A stretch of 64,000 nucleotides of DNA. Origin: Bdellovibrionales bacterium (GTDB lineage: Bacteria > Bdellovibrionota > Bdellovibrionia > Bdellovibrionales > UBA1609). How positions within the stretch are numbered: position 1 is the stretch's first letter; each line of letters opens with the position of its first letter. Positions 8,330 through 18,647 of this stretch are shown here, piece after piece. The notes under the pieces were generated by a model. That model did no database searches. It had not been told where the DNA came from and worked only from the letters and a program-made list of their open reading frames with translations. Where the stretch lies: positions 96,001 to 160,000 of the forward strand of contig JAWLHR010000002.1 of NCBI GenBank assembly GCA_041690295.1, written 5' to 3'. The position numbers were made by a program, and so were the translations under genes.

Positions 8330-11053
8330 ATGCTTGAAGTTATCGCCTGCGATCATCCTGAGCGGAAAAGGGAACACTTTTCCCGAATGAATCCCAAAGA
8401 AGTGACTTGGGTGGTGTCCGACTTGCAGTCGAAATGGCATCTGCAGCGTGAATGGCTCTCAAAGTATGGCCTGCTTGATCAAACCAGCGTGCTGCGGGCC
8501 AGCGAATTGTGGCGCAAGTTGGCGCTTCAGATCCGTCCGCGGATTAAATGGCTCTCTTTGGAACTCGCGCAAATTTTGATTTGGAAACGAATTGAAGAAA
8601 AAAATCTGCCTTGGCTGAAATCACCCGCATCGGTGCGCACCGTCCTGAAACAAATGGAGATGTGGGTGAGCGTTTTCGCCAATCCCGATTACAAATCCGT
8701 TATGTCCGAATGGTTCACCGCCAATTCGGAATCTTTCACCCGTTGGGGCCATTGGTTTCTTCTCTGCTCCGAACTGTGGGAGGAAATGTGCGAAAAGGAT
8801 TGGCTTCTCACGCAATGGACTCCGGGATTGCTCCTCAGCGAGGGAAGTGAGCGCCTCGTGTGGAATAAGAAATTGGTTTTCGATTTGGGTCCCCAGATCT
8901 CACAGGCGGAAGGACAGTTGATTCGTGAGTTGGGACGGCGATTCGACGTGCAGGTGCTTTATCCGGACGCGCCTTGGCTGGCCCTGATGCCACAGACCTT
9001 GCAACCTTATGCCGACATGGTGGATCGCCCGGATCAGATCGTTTCCCAATGGGAACCGCAGAAAAACGAGCGATGGTCGTTCGGTCGTTTTTCCACCCAG
9101 TTGGCGGAAGTGAAAGATGCGGTGGCGCAAGTGCGGATCTGGTTGGAAGAGGGCGTTCAACCTGAAAAAATCGGAATCGTGGCTCCGGACATCGAGACCC
9201 ATTGGCCGGCGCTTCGCTTGTATTTCGAGCGCGAGGGAATTCCCGTCAACAAAGCGGTGACCGCCAAGATGGGTTCCTTTGTGGATTTGGCTCATTGGAC
9301 GGCGGCGGTGCGGACAAGACTTAGAAAAGCTCAGGCCAATGATCTGGAAATTTATTTTTACTCTAATGTGGACAAGCCACGTCTCGCGGTCAGCGAGTTT
9401 CGCCGGCTCTTCACCCACTTTTATGACGAGCGTGACCTGGCCCGGGGTGAACATTTGTTCACAAGTGAGGATGGGGAGATCCCAGCCACATTGGGCGTTC
9501 GCGAATTTCTCGCCTGGGCATTGAAATATTGGCAGGGTCCCGCCACGGAACGCCTGGACACGCTCCTTGGACTGATGGCGCAGGAGGTGCCACCTGATTT
9601 GTCACTGCCCGTGGAGGAGTGGCTCACTTATGTTGAAGGCGTCATCGCGCGCCGGGAAGTGACGCTGGCGCCACCAGCTGACAATGGTGTGGCTTGCGTG
9701 TCACTGAGCTCGGCGCATTGGCTCCCACTAACGCACGTTGTGCTGGTGAATCTGAGTGAAAGCGCGCTACGCAATGTTGAGCGCTCACCGGTCAGCCCCG
9801 CCGAGGCCTCGCGCATTTTCTACGACACCGGCATGGCCTTAGGTTCGGTGGATCGACAACAATTGGAGTTTGAACTTATTTGGTTTTGGCAAAAGCCCCA
9901 TGAGCAATTGCGGTTGACGTTCGCCGAAACGGACTTTCAAGGTGCGGTTAACAGCGCCTCACGGTTTTGGATGTGGGCCGCCATTCAAAATGAAAAACTG
10001 AAACGGGGGCCCGAAGCGCCCCGCCTGACCCGGTGGGATGAGTGGCAGAGAATGCCGTTTTCCCGTTGGCTTGAATTGATGGACCTTGAGGAAAGCGATC
10101 GCGCGAACCTCACGCACGCGATCAACCGCGACGTGAATGGAAACGGCTCCTGGCCCGCACAAAACGGTGTTTCGATTTCGGCGTCCAGCTTAAGCGCCTT
10201 CTGGGAGTGTCCTTTCGTCTTCGCCATGGAGAAAAGACTTGGTTTTCGCGACGAGCCCGCACTGGATTTGGACGTGGATCACTTTTCGCGCGGGCGTTTG
10301 CTCCACGCCCTGCTTGAGGTTTTGGGCTCTGAGCCGGTGCGGTTTGACTGGCGCGATGATGAAATTCTCGATCTCCTGGAAAAATCTCGCGAGAGGGAAA
10401 AAATCGAAATTGGCGAAGAAAAACTATGGCCGGCGGTTAAGGCGCAACACCTGCGCCTGGCCCGTAAGTTTCTGGAGTTCGAAAGGGATTGGCGCACGAA
10501 GTTTCCAAACACCAAGAACGTGGGCCATGAAATCCCGTTTGAGATTTTCTGGGACGTAAAAACCGGTGAGCCGGTGAAAGAGAAGCGTCCCGTGCGGCTT
10601 CGGGGGCGCATCGACCGGATCGATCAAGACTCAAAAGGACGCTACGCCGTTATCGATTACAAGAGCGGTGCGACGAAGCTCACCAGTTGGGGATCCTGGC
10701 TGAAAAATCATCAGATCCAACTTCCGTTATATGCCTGGTTGCTTGAGCGTGGATTGTTGAATCTGCCAAGCGGGCCGGTTGTCGCCGCCAATTATTTTGT
10801 GGTCCGTGATCAGGATCGTAACCGCGGCTTTTATTTGCGCGATGAAAGCGCGGAACTTTATGACCCAAAGGAAAAGCGGCGCAATTACATTGAGACGGCG
10901 GAAAAAGAGGAGTTGTTCGCGCAAATGGGTGAAAACATTAATTCCGCGCTGAACGCGATTCTCTCGGGGCGGCTTGATCCCGTGCCCGAGGATCCGAAGA
11001 TTTGCGAAAAATGTCATTGGAGAAGGCAGTGTCGGGCACCCCATCTGAACTGA
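8330..11053 (+). CDS. addB: AddB-like PD-(D/E)XK nuclease subunit
   Basis: C-terminal LRGRIDRID...VIDYKSG nuclease motif; Fe-S staple Cys (WECPF ... CEKCHWRRQC); directly upstream of a UvrD-type helicase-nuclease. Confidence 0.85.
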   Translation: MLEVIACDHPERKREHFSRMNPKEVTWVVSDLQSKWHLQREWLSKYGLLDQTSVLRASELWRKLALQIRPRIKWLSLELAQILIWKRIEEKNLPWLKSPASVRTVLKQMEMWVSVFANPDYKSVMSEWFTANSESFTRWGHWFLLCSELWEEMCEKDWLLTQWTPGLLLSEGSERLVWNKKLVFDLGPQISQAEGQLIRELGRRFDVQVLYPDAPWLALMPQTLQPYADMVDRPDQIVSQWEPQKNERWSFGRFSTQLAEVKDAVAQVRIWLEEGVQPEKIGIVAPDIETHWPALRLYFEREGIPVNKAVTAKMGSFVDLAHWTAAVRTRLRKAQANDLEIYFYSNVDKPRLAVSEFRRLFTHFYDERDLARGEHLFTSEDGEIPATLGVREFLAWALKYWQGPATERLDTLLGLMAQEVPPDLSLPVEEWLTYVEGVIARREVTLAPPADNGVACVSLSSAHWLPLTHVVLVNLSESALRNVERSPVSPAEASRIFYDTGMALGSVDRQQLEFELIWFWQKPHEQLRLTFAETDFQGAVNSASRFWMWAAIQNEKLKRGPEAPRLTRWDEWQRMPFSRWLELMDLEESDRANLTHAINRDVNGNGSWPAQNGVSISASSLSAFWECPFVFAMEKRLGFRDEPALDLDVDHFSRGRLLHALLEVLGSEPVRFDWRDDEILDLLEKSREREKIEIGEEKLWPAVKAQHLRLARKFLEFERDWRTKFPNTKNVGHEIPFEIFWDVKTGEPVKEKRPVRLRGRIDRIDQDSKGRYAVIDYKSGATKLTSWGSWLKNHQIQLPLYAWLLERGLLNLPSGPVVAANYFVVRDQDRNRGFYLRDESAELYDPKEKRRNYIETAEKEELFAQMGENINSALNAILSGRLDPVPEDPKICEKCHWRRQCRAPHLN

Positions 11054-13995
11054 AAGAATTCGTGGTTCGCGCCGGAGCGGGTGCGGGAAAGACTTATGGA
11101 CTGGTGGAGCGAGTCACGGCGGTTTATCGTGAGTTCGCCAAGGCGAAACGTAGGCCGCGGATTGTGCTCACCACATTCACCCGCAAGGCCACTCAGGAAT
11201 TGAAAGAGCGTTTGATCCTTAAAGCCTGTGAAACCAAGGACCCGGCTTATTTACAGTTTGTCTCCGACCCGCTTTCGCTGCACATTTCAACGATTCATGG
11301 TCTGTTGAATGTTTTTTTAAAACAAGTGGGGCATTTGGCCCAACTCGATAGCGGTTTTCAGATCATGGATGAGCGCGAGGCCACGCGCTTGGCCCGCCGC
11401 GCTTGGCGCGAAGTTTTGATCCGCCATCCGAATGGACTGCGCTGGTTTGAAGACTTCGGGCTGAACCGAACTTTAAAAATGGTTCGGGCCTTTGATTTGA
11501 AATCCAGGGAGTGGGGACCGCTCTCACCCGCCGTCCTTAAGGATATCGAAGAGGTGGCGAATCAAAGAAAACAGGAATGGCGGACGAAGCTTTATGAACT
11601 TTCGGCCCGAGTTCTTGAAGAAGCGGCGGGAAAGAGCTGGGAAAAATTCGGCATGGAACTTCGTCGCTTCGCCGATGAATGGCCCGAGTCATTGCCACGC
11701 AAACCAAGTCGGAGTTCGAAAAACCCCGAGTACGAAGATCTGCATAAACTGATTGAAGAAACTCTCAAGCCCTTGCGTAAGGAGCTTGACGAACCCGGTT
11801 GGAATCCGGAGCGTTGGCCTCGAATGGCGGAGAGGTGGGAAGAGTTCAGGCCTGTGGCGGAGGAGTTCGCGCGGGAATTCGCCGCTCTTAAAGAACGCCA
11901 CAGCCGTTTTGAAATGTCCGATCTTGAACTTCTGACTCTCGCGATCCTCAAAGAAAAACCATTTCTCGGTTCCATCTTCGCCGAGAATTGGGACTATTGG
12001 ATGATCGATGAGTTTCAGGACACAAGCCCCTTGCAGGTGACCTGTTTGAATGCTCTGATCGCCAATCAAAAACGTTACTTGGTGGGGGATCCGCAACAAA
12101 GCATTTATCTTTTTCGTGGATCCGATGTGACAGTCTTCGCCAAGGCCGAAAAGGAGATGAAAGGACAAGGGGCGGAGTGCGTTCAACTTCGAGTGAATTA
12201 CCGTTCCGAGCCGGGCCTTTTACGTTTGATCAATGATTTCATGGCCAGCGTCGATCAAAGTTTCGCGCCGATGGAGCCGAACCGCGCGGACGGGGATAAA
12301 AATTCGGCCTGCGCCGTCTTCTTGCGGGCCCGAGATGCGGATCATGAACTCAATGGAATCGTTTCCCGCGTGAGCGAACTCATCAAGCGTGGCGCCAAAC
12401 TCCAGGATATCTGTGTACTCGGTCGAACTCACAAGAATCTTCTCGACGTGGCCAAAGCGTTGCGCGCCCATGGATTTCCCACCCATGTGCACGCCTCACG
12501 AGGGTTCACCGCCCGGCGTGAAGTCATGGATGCGCAAGCCCTTTGGACTTTCCTTCTGAATCCCCACGATTCGGAGAATTTAGTGGCGCTCCTTCGTTCG
12601 CCCTGGTTCTTTGTGCCTGACGATCAAATCGAAGCATGGATGGCGAACTCGAAAGGGCAAAAATCTCTCTGGTCGGTGCTGTTGGATCTCGCCGAAGATC
12701 AAGCGCCTCGCTCGGTGGCCAAACTTAAGGCAGGCGCGTTTTCCGTGCGGGAGATGGGCGTGACTTACGCCTTTGAATCGCTGATCCGCGAAGGTTATTG
12801 CCTTGATTTGGCTTTGCACAATGATCCCGCCGGGCGAAAGGAATCCAATCTTTGGAAAATGATCATGAAGGCCCGCGCTCTCGAGCGCGAAGGCACGCGA
12901 TCACTGCTGGATTTGCGCGGCGAGGAGCTGATCTTCGACCCGCTCGATATCACGGAAGGGGATGCGGCTTCGGCTCAGGAGCCCAATTGCATCAATCTCA
13001 TGACCATTCATGCGGCGAAAGGCTTGGAGTTCGCCCATGTGATTATTCCCTTCATGGGTGAGGCGCCCCAATACTCATCCACGGCTGAGTTCAACGCCAG
13101 CGAGGGGAAATTTCATTTTCCAATGTGGGATGAAGACAGCGGGGAAAATATTCCTTCGCCTTTGGATATGGAAAGCCGCAAGCGTTTGCGGGCGCGTGAA
13201 GCGGAAGAACTGAACCGCTGGCTTTACGTGGCCGTCACTCGCGCCAAACAAACGCTGACGATGTCCTGGTCCGATGTTCATCGTGAGTCATGGGCAACGC
13301 GAAGCCCCTGGTTTCGGTCGGCGGCGGGTGTTTACGACAAACCGGAATATATCTTTGACGTTCGTGAAGAATGGCCTGAGCCGTCGCCTTACGATGTGAA
13401 GCGGGATGATGAACTTAAACCCCGTCCCTTGTGGTCAACCGTGAAAACGCTTTTGCCGCAATCTTTCGAGCGCCAATCAGTGACGGAAATTTTGAATCGA
13501 AAGGCGGCGATGGATCAGCGCGAGCCCACTCGGCCTGATGTTCGCGGATTTGAATCCCGCGCGGTCGGCCAACGCATCCACAGGGCGCTCGAGAATTTGA
13601 AATTTCACGCCCAAACGGAAGTCGGCGAGGACCCGGCGGTTAGGTTTGTCCTTGGTCTCAAGTCCCCGCCCATGCGTGAGCTGATCCGCGAAGGCGAGGT
13701 GGAATGGGGATTCCAGGTGCAAACCAAGAGTGGCGTGCTCGAGGGCCAAATTGATCTTTGGGGAAAGGCGAATGGACGCCTGTTCATTATTGATTATAAA
13801 ACCGGATCCATGTCGAGACTCGAGCAGGCGTTCACGCAACTTGAAATTTACGGTTGGGCTCTTAGAAAGTTCGGTCATTCAGAGCCCATGGAATTGTGGG
13901 TGATTTATCCGCTCGCGGAAAAGGTGGAGCGCCGCGAGTTCACCGAAGAGTTATTTTCTCGCTGGGAAGTTGAACTCGGCCTGCCCCAAACTTGA
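11011..13995 (+). CDS. addA: AddA-like UvrD helicase-nuclease
   Basis: RAGAGAGKT, TFTRKA, IDEFQDTS, VGDPQQSIYLFRG, TIHAAKGLEF, YVAVTRAK, C-terminal GQIDL...IDYKTG. Confidence 0.92.
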   Translation: MSLEKAVSGTPSELKEFVVRAGAGAGKTYGLVERVTAVYREFAKAKRRPRIVLTTFTRKATQELKERLILKACETKDPAYLQFVSDPLSLHISTIHGLLNVFLKQVGHLAQLDSGFQIMDEREATRLARRAWREVLIRHPNGLRWFEDFGLNRTLKMVRAFDLKSREWGPLSPAVLKDIEEVANQRKQEWRTKLYELSARVLEEAAGKSWEKFGMELRRFADEWPESLPRKPSRSSKNPEYEDLHKLIEETLKPLRKELDEPGWNPERWPRMAERWEEFRPVAEEFAREFAALKERHSRFEMSDLELLTLAILKEKPFLGSIFAENWDYWMIDEFQDTSPLQVTCLNALIANQKRYLVGDPQQSIYLFRGSDVTVFAKAEKEMKGQGAECVQLRVNYRSEPGLLRLINDFMASVDQSFAPMEPNRADGDKNSACAVFLRARDADHELNGIVSRVSELIKRGAKLQDICVLGRTHKNLLDVAKALRAHGFPTHVHASRGFTARREVMDAQALWTFLLNPHDSENLVALLRSPWFFVPDDQIEAWMANSKGQKSLWSVLLDLAEDQAPRSVAKLKAGAFSVREMGVTYAFESLIREGYCLDLALHNDPAGRKESNLWKMIMKARALEREGTRSLLDLRGEELIFDPLDITEGDAASAQEPNCINLMTIHAAKGLEFAHVIIPFMGEAPQYSSTAEFNASEGKFHFPMWDEDSGENIPSPLDMESRKRLRAREAEELNRWLYVAVTRAKQTLTMSWSDVHRESWATRSPWFRSAAGVYDKPEYIFDVREEWPEPSPYDVKRDDELKPRPLWSTVKTLLPQSFERQSVTEILNRKAAMDQREPTRPDVRGFESRAVGQRIHRALENLKFHAQTEVGEDPAVRFVLGLKSPPMRELIREGEVEWGFQVQTKSGVLEGQIDLWGKANGRLFIIDYKTGSMSRLEQAFTQLEIYGWALRKFGHSEPMELWVIYPLAEKVERREFTEELFSRWEVELGLPQT

Positions 13996-14541
13996 CGTCA
14001 AAATCACTTTGACATCGTTTTGTTCGATGGTCGTCATCGGAACATTAAATGTGATCTCGTAAGGCGTGCTGAAGCGATCCATGTAGGGAAAGATCGAGCG
14101 CAGCTCCACGAACTTCTGCGAGACTTTAGTGACCTTTCCTTCAAAGCGATTGCCCTTGTACTCCAAGAACACCTTCCAGATGGATTTTCCCTTGTGAAGA
14201 TCATCGTACTCATGTTCCGGGGAATAAAAGCGCATAAAAAACTTGGCGTAGGCGTTGGCTTCCTGCACGGCTTTTTCCCGTTCGGTTTGGAAATCTCTTT
14301 GCGTCCACTGCAGAAAACTGGCTCTTTGCCTCAGAGTGGCGCTTTGCACTTCGGTGGTGAGCATGGTTACGTGCGCCTGGAACGTCTGGTACAGGCCGGA
14401 GTATTGATCGGTGCTCGCCGTGTGCCGCGAAATCAAGCGCTGGTACTCGCCCTGATCCATCGGTTCGACGCTGTCCGGACCCAATATCGGTCGTTGCGCG
14501 CAGGCGGTTAACACGAAAATAAGTGCGAGCACACGAACCAT
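13951..14541 (-). CDS. hypothetical lipoprotein
   Basis: Lipobox LTAC; 196-aa ORF in an operon with the hydrolase. Confidence 0.75.
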   Translation of the reverse strand: MVRVLALIFVLTACAQRPILGPDSVEPMDQGEYQRLISRHTASTDQYSGLYQTFQAHVTMLTTEVQSATLRQRASFLQWTQRDFQTEREKAVQEANAYAKFFMRFYSPEHEYDDLHKGKSIWKVFLEYKGNRFEGKVTKVSQKFVELRSIFPYMDRFSTPYEITFNVPMTTIEQNDVKVILTSSLGQAEFNFPARK

Positions 14542-14543
14542 GG

Positions 14544-15383
14544 TTAAGCTCCTAAAAACGGATTGATGAATTTTTTAAGATCCTTGATCGCCTTGGAGCG
14601 ATCACGGTCATTGAACACTTCATGCAAGCTGTCGGGATACATGATGAGTTCTTTATTTTTAGCTTCGAGTTTTTCAAAGAAATCCCGCGCCGCCTCGGTG
14701 CTGACCAGCCGATCCTCGCCGGAAACCTGCATGAGCACCGGTTTTTTTATTTCACCGGTTTGGTCATGAGCCAAGTCGAAGGACTCCACCATGCTTAAAA
14801 ATAGACCAGGAGAAATCTTGTCATGGCGAAGCGTATCCGACTGGTGGGATTTAAGCATGTCTTCATCGCGGGTCAGATCCTCGTAACGGATTTCATTGTA
14901 CATGGTCAGTGTCGGCACCCATTTCACGGCGATATGGGCCAGCGCTTCTTTGATGCGCGGAACTTTGACCGTGAGTCCAAGCGCTGGCGAACTCACGCAA
15001 AGGGCGGCGTATTCAGGTTTGAAATTCTGGATATACCGGATCGTGACCAAACCACCCATGGAATGTCCGAACAGCACCAGGTTCTCCGGAGTGTCATGGC
15101 GGACCACGGTGGTGAGAAGCGTATTCAAATCTTCGATGTAATTGTTCAGGTGTCGAACGTACCCGCGCTTGCCTTCCGAGCGGCCATGTCCTCGCAAGTC
15201 CCAACCGAACACCTTCCAACCGTCTTCACAAAGCTCCCGGGCGACATGATGGTAGCATTCACTGTGTTCGGCGAGTCCGTGGGTGATAACGATGGCTCCG
15301 CGGATCTTGTCCGGAGTCCAGGTCTGATAAAAGAGTTCAGTGCCGTCGAACCCTTTGAAATACCCTTCATGGCGTTGCAACAT
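14544..15383 (-). CDS. alpha/beta hydrolase (lysophospholipase / monoacylglycerol lipase family)
   Basis: HGLAEHS, DLRGHGRS, GHSMGG nucleophile elbow, catalytic Asp (EDRLV) and His (LHEVFND). Confidence 0.92.
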   Translation of the reverse strand: MLQRHEGYFKGFDGTELFYQTWTPDKIRGAIVITHGLAEHSECYHHVARELCEDGWKVFGWDLRGHGRSEGKRGYVRHLNNYIEDLNTLLTTVVRHDTPENLVLFGHSMGGLVTIRYIQNFKPEYAALCVSSPALGLTVKVPRIKEALAHIAVKWVPTLTMYNEIRYEDLTRDEDMLKSHQSDTLRHDKISPGLFLSMVESFDLAHDQTGEIKKPVLMQVSGEDRLVSTEAARDFFEKLEAKNKELIMYPDSLHEVFNDRDRSKAIKDLKKFINPFLGA

Positions 15384-15437
15384 GCTTTATTTTTAGTCCA
15401 AATGGACAAAGGGTCAAGGACCTCCTAGGATTGAGAA

Positions 15438-15935
15438 ATGACCAGAATTTTTCTGCTGATTTTCTTAATGTCCACTCCGGCGTGGGCGCAAAACGAAGGC
15501 GGGGGTGGAGCCGATCAGGATCCGTTTTTCGAAATGGGTTTCCATCTGGGAAACTTGCTCCCCAATCAGATCAATGGCGTCACCGAGATCATGGGACTTG
15601 GTGGTATTCGCACCGGCTTAAGAATGAGTGAAGGGTCTTATTTCGAAGCCGGATTCATCGCGGGCAATGGCGAAGGACAGGAGTGGAAGAACCTTCACGC
15701 CGATATTCGCATGGACATTCCGATTGAGAATCTGGTGGCGTTGGCTTACATCGGCGCGGACGCCGTTTATTATAGCGGTCATGGAGTTTCCGATAAAGTT
15801 GTCTTTGGCGGCCATGCGGGTGGTGGTGTGCAAGCTCAGCTCACCGGCGTCACGTGGTTTCGCGCCGATATGAAATTCGGTTTCAGCCCGGGGACATCGC
15901 TTTATATCGGCTGCGGCTTTTCCTGGCGGTTTTGA
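15438..15935 (+). CDS. small outer-membrane beta-barrel protein
   Basis: Signal peptide (AWA), Gly/aromatic alternating strands, terminal FSWRF. Confidence 0.7.
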   Translation: MTRIFLLIFLMSTPAWAQNEGGGGADQDPFFEMGFHLGNLLPNQINGVTEIMGLGGIRTGLRMSEGSYFEAGFIAGNGEGQEWKNLHADIRMDIPIENLVALAYIGADAVYYSGHGVSDKVVFGGHAGGGVQAQLTGVTWFRADMKFGFSPGTSLYIGCGFSWRF

Positions 15936-16030
15936 GACTTGGACGAGCCGCGTTCGGGTTTTTCGGTCGGTTCTTTCACATTGAAAATATCTATTGGATT
16001 TCCTCCGGCGCCACCGGTAGTCTAACCGGC

Positions 16031-16501
16031 ATGAAGCGAATCATTATCCTTTTGCTTATGACATTCATTGGAGCGACCGCTTCCGCGCAAGATCATCGCT
16101 CTGGGATTTATACCTACCCCATGCTCGAACCGGACCTTCTTGACTACGGGTCGTTTAAAATCACGGATATCGAACTTATACTCGATGAACTTGGGAAAAT
16201 CGTGCTTCAATTCACTCCGCCTCCACTTCTGACCGGGAGAACAACGTCCATTCAGTTGATTGGGATAAGTGTGGATGGGACAATGCGATTGTCTGGGGCC
16301 GATGGAAGCGCGAGATGTTTGCGTCTAAATGACGAAATCGTCTGCCGCATTAGGTACGCGCCATTTTATGCTGACGCGGCGAAAAGAGAAGAACTGATTC
16401 GCGGAAGCTCGAATGATCCGCAAGCCATCGCCAATCTGCTTCAAGTCGCTCGCCTGTTTGATGGCGAACCGATCGGCGTTCTCAGATTTCCCGCGCCTTA
16501 A
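16031..16501 (+). CDS. secreted hypothetical protein
   Basis: ATG 16031 gives signal peptide MKRIIILLLMTFIGATASA; one Cys pair. Confidence 0.65.
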   Translation: MKRIIILLLMTFIGATASAQDHRSGIYTYPMLEPDLLDYGSFKITDIELILDELGKIVLQFTPPPLLTGRTTSIQLIGISVDGTMRLSGADGSARCLRLNDEIVCRIRYAPFYADAAKREELIRGSSNDPQAIANLLQVARLFDGEPIGVLRFPAP

Positions 16502-18230
16502 TTAAATATCGGGTTGCCCTCCCGTGGCCTCGGCGAATGAGCTTCTTTCGGCGCACTAAATCGGATAAATCACGAAACGCGGTCATATTGGATACCTGAA
16601 ACCATTCGCGGTAATTGGAAATACTGAACCAGGCGGAACTGGGGGGAGAAGTGAGAAGTTGAATTTGACGATAGTTCAGTGACGAATCGAAGATATTTAC
16701 GTTCTTAAAAGCTTGTTCGAGTCGAACTTCTCCTAAATCCCGCGCGCCAAGCCAAACCACTCGCAATTGAGACGCGAATCGATAGTTCCCTTCTTCAACG
16801 GCCAACCACGAAGCGAATGGTCCCAATATTCGCCGAAGCTTCGCCACCAAGCCATGCACGAGCGGATCGTGGCGAAGCGGATCGTACTGGTAGCGCCAGA
16901 CGGTTTGAATCAGGTCCGACTTCACCGCTGGTCCCATTTCGAGGCGCGAAATCAATTTTCGTAGCAAATCGCTCATGGCTCGCGAATTGTGCCACACCTC
17001 GCCCGCATGGCAGGCGGTGAGGGAGCGTGGTGCCAGATCCACGATCAATGTCGGCACTCGCGCATCAAGCTCCAAAATTTCCGGAAGAAGTCCCCAGAGT
17101 TCATATTGGACGATCAGTTTTCGGGCCTCGATCGGCTCCGCCGAGCGGATGCGATCGATCGCATCGCCGATGAGATCTTCACCTAATCCGTGAGTGCTCG
17201 TCTGCCCTTTGGATCGCGCGATAATCCGGCGATGGACAAAGTCGCCGTTGGGTAAAGCCGCATCTTCCTCGGGATGGCCTAATTCGCGAGCCAGCTTCAG
17301 GCGCAAACCATTGATTCGGTTCCAAATAGCGGCGTCGATTGAACGATCCACCGATTGCGCGGCCAAGTTCAGGAGCATCAAGGCCTGTTGCGATAGACCG
17401 CGCGACTTAATGAGAGCGGCATATCGGAAATGTAGAGTGGCGGAGTGTCTCTTGTGACCGTAACGGTGTATTTCTTCCGCGCTCGCTTCCAGCTCGCGTT
17501 CGGCGGCATTCGCTTTTCCGCGCAAAAGCAGTTGGCGTGCGAGTTCGAGTCGCAAGAGAGTCCTGGAATAGGTATCTGAAGGTTGAAGTTCCGAGATGGC
17601 GTTTTTGAGGTCCGTTACTGGGTGAGGCAAGTGACCGAATCGAGCGGAATAGTGTATCAGCGAAACGTGAATGGCGCCGACAAAGGTTGAATTTCCCAAG
17701 CGGCGTGCGAGATCTTTGGCTTTCTCCAGCTCGCGCAATCCCCGGATCACCTCACCGTCAAAGATCAGCGCTTGGCCGAGAAGATCGCGCGCTAAAATCT
17801 CACCAAAAAGAAAATCCAAGCTCAGTGCCAGTTTGAGCGCGGTCTCGGCCCCCCTCACCACTTCGCGCATGTCGCCGCGAAAGTAATTGAAAAACGCCAC
17901 GGCCTGATTGGTGAAATACAAAGTCTTTCGGCTCGGCCTCTTCGCGCATTCGGTTCGCATCGAGCGGATCTCAATTCGCGCTTTCGCGTAATCGGAAATC
18001 CGAATCCACCCAATGGCTAGGTAAAACCTCGCCTCCACACGAGCATCGGCGGATAAATGCTTTTTATTTTTATCAAAAATGACTTGCGCGAGTTCAAGCC
18101 GGCCCGCGAAGCCATAGGCACCGATCGCCGCCACGCAGTCTTTCGGGACATGTTTTTGCCGACGTCGGTCCCACGCCGTCAACGTTTCCTGAATTCGGCC
18201 TGAATGGAAAAGCCTTTCTAATTCACTCAT
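16482..18230 (-). CDS. TPR-like/helical transcriptional regulator with OmpR-type and C-terminal winged HTH domains
   Basis: KSDLIQTVW...LVHGLVAKLRRIL...GNYRF (trans_reg_C-like); C-terminal FQVSNMTAFRDLSDLV...GHGRATRY wHTH. Confidence 0.75.
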   Translation of the reverse strand: MSELERLFHSGRIQETLTAWDRRRQKHVPKDCVAAIGAYGFAGRLELAQVIFDKNKKHLSADARVEARFYLAIGWIRISDYAKARIEIRSMRTECAKRPSRKTLYFTNQAVAFFNYFRGDMREVVRGAETALKLALSLDFLFGEILARDLLGQALIFDGEVIRGLRELEKAKDLARRLGNSTFVGAIHVSLIHYSARFGHLPHPVTDLKNAISELQPSDTYSRTLLRLELARQLLLRGKANAAERELEASAEEIHRYGHKRHSATLHFRYAALIKSRGLSQQALMLLNLAAQSVDRSIDAAIWNRINGLRLKLARELGHPEEDAALPNGDFVHRRIIARSKGQTSTHGLGEDLIGDAIDRIRSAEPIEARKLIVQYELWGLLPEILELDARVPTLIVDLAPRSLTACHAGEVWHNSRAMSDLLRKLISRLEMGPAVKSDLIQTVWRYQYDPLRHDPLVHGLVAKLRRILGPFASWLAVEEGNYRFASQLRVVWLGARDLGEVRLEQAFKNVNIFDSSLNYRQIQLLTSPPSSAWFSISNYREWFQVSNMTAFRDLSDLVRRKKLIRRGHGRATRYLIKAREI

Positions 18231-18241
18231 TTAGACTGGAT

Positions 18242-18261
18242 TCATATCAAATCATATCAAA
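18242..18261. promoter_or_regulatory. tandem 10-bp direct repeat, candidate operator in divergent promoter
   Basis: TCATATCAAA-TCATATCAAA, one helical turn apart, between the regulator and the cytochrome operon. Confidence 0.5.
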
Positions 18262-18326
18262 AATGCACGAGGGATTTGGTGGGCCCGGAAATGAATTTCC
18301 ATGAACTTAGCGCATGGGAGGGGACC

Positions 18327-18647
18327 ATGAAAAATTTCGCGATCATATTAAGCGGTTTATATTTGGCCGCATGCAATTACCAAGAGTTCAAGCAATCGCC
18401 CCAAGGCATGGCGGCGACGCCTCTGGAAGACGCGATCGTTCGCTTCGCGGATGTTAAGAGTTTCATTTTCGAAAACCATTGCACGCTTTGTCACGCGCGG
18501 TACGTCGAATACGAGGCGGTGGTGGCGGATTTGAGTGAAATTCGCGCGCGTGTTGAAAGCGATAATATGCCTAAGAACAGACCGCCGCTCTCGCCCGAGC
18601 TAAAAGCTCTCCTCTTCGCCTGGATCGACTCCGGAGCGCCGCTATGA
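18327..18647 (+). CDS. small monoheme cytochrome c lipoprotein
   Basis: GGAGGG RBS, lipobox LAAC, CTLCH, distal MP (DNMPK), WIDSGA end. Confidence 0.8.
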   Translation: MKNFAIILSGLYLAACNYQEFKQSPQGMAATPLEDAIVRFADVKSFIFENHCTLCHARYVEYEAVVADLSEIRARVESDNMPKNRPPLSPELKALLFAWIDSGAPL

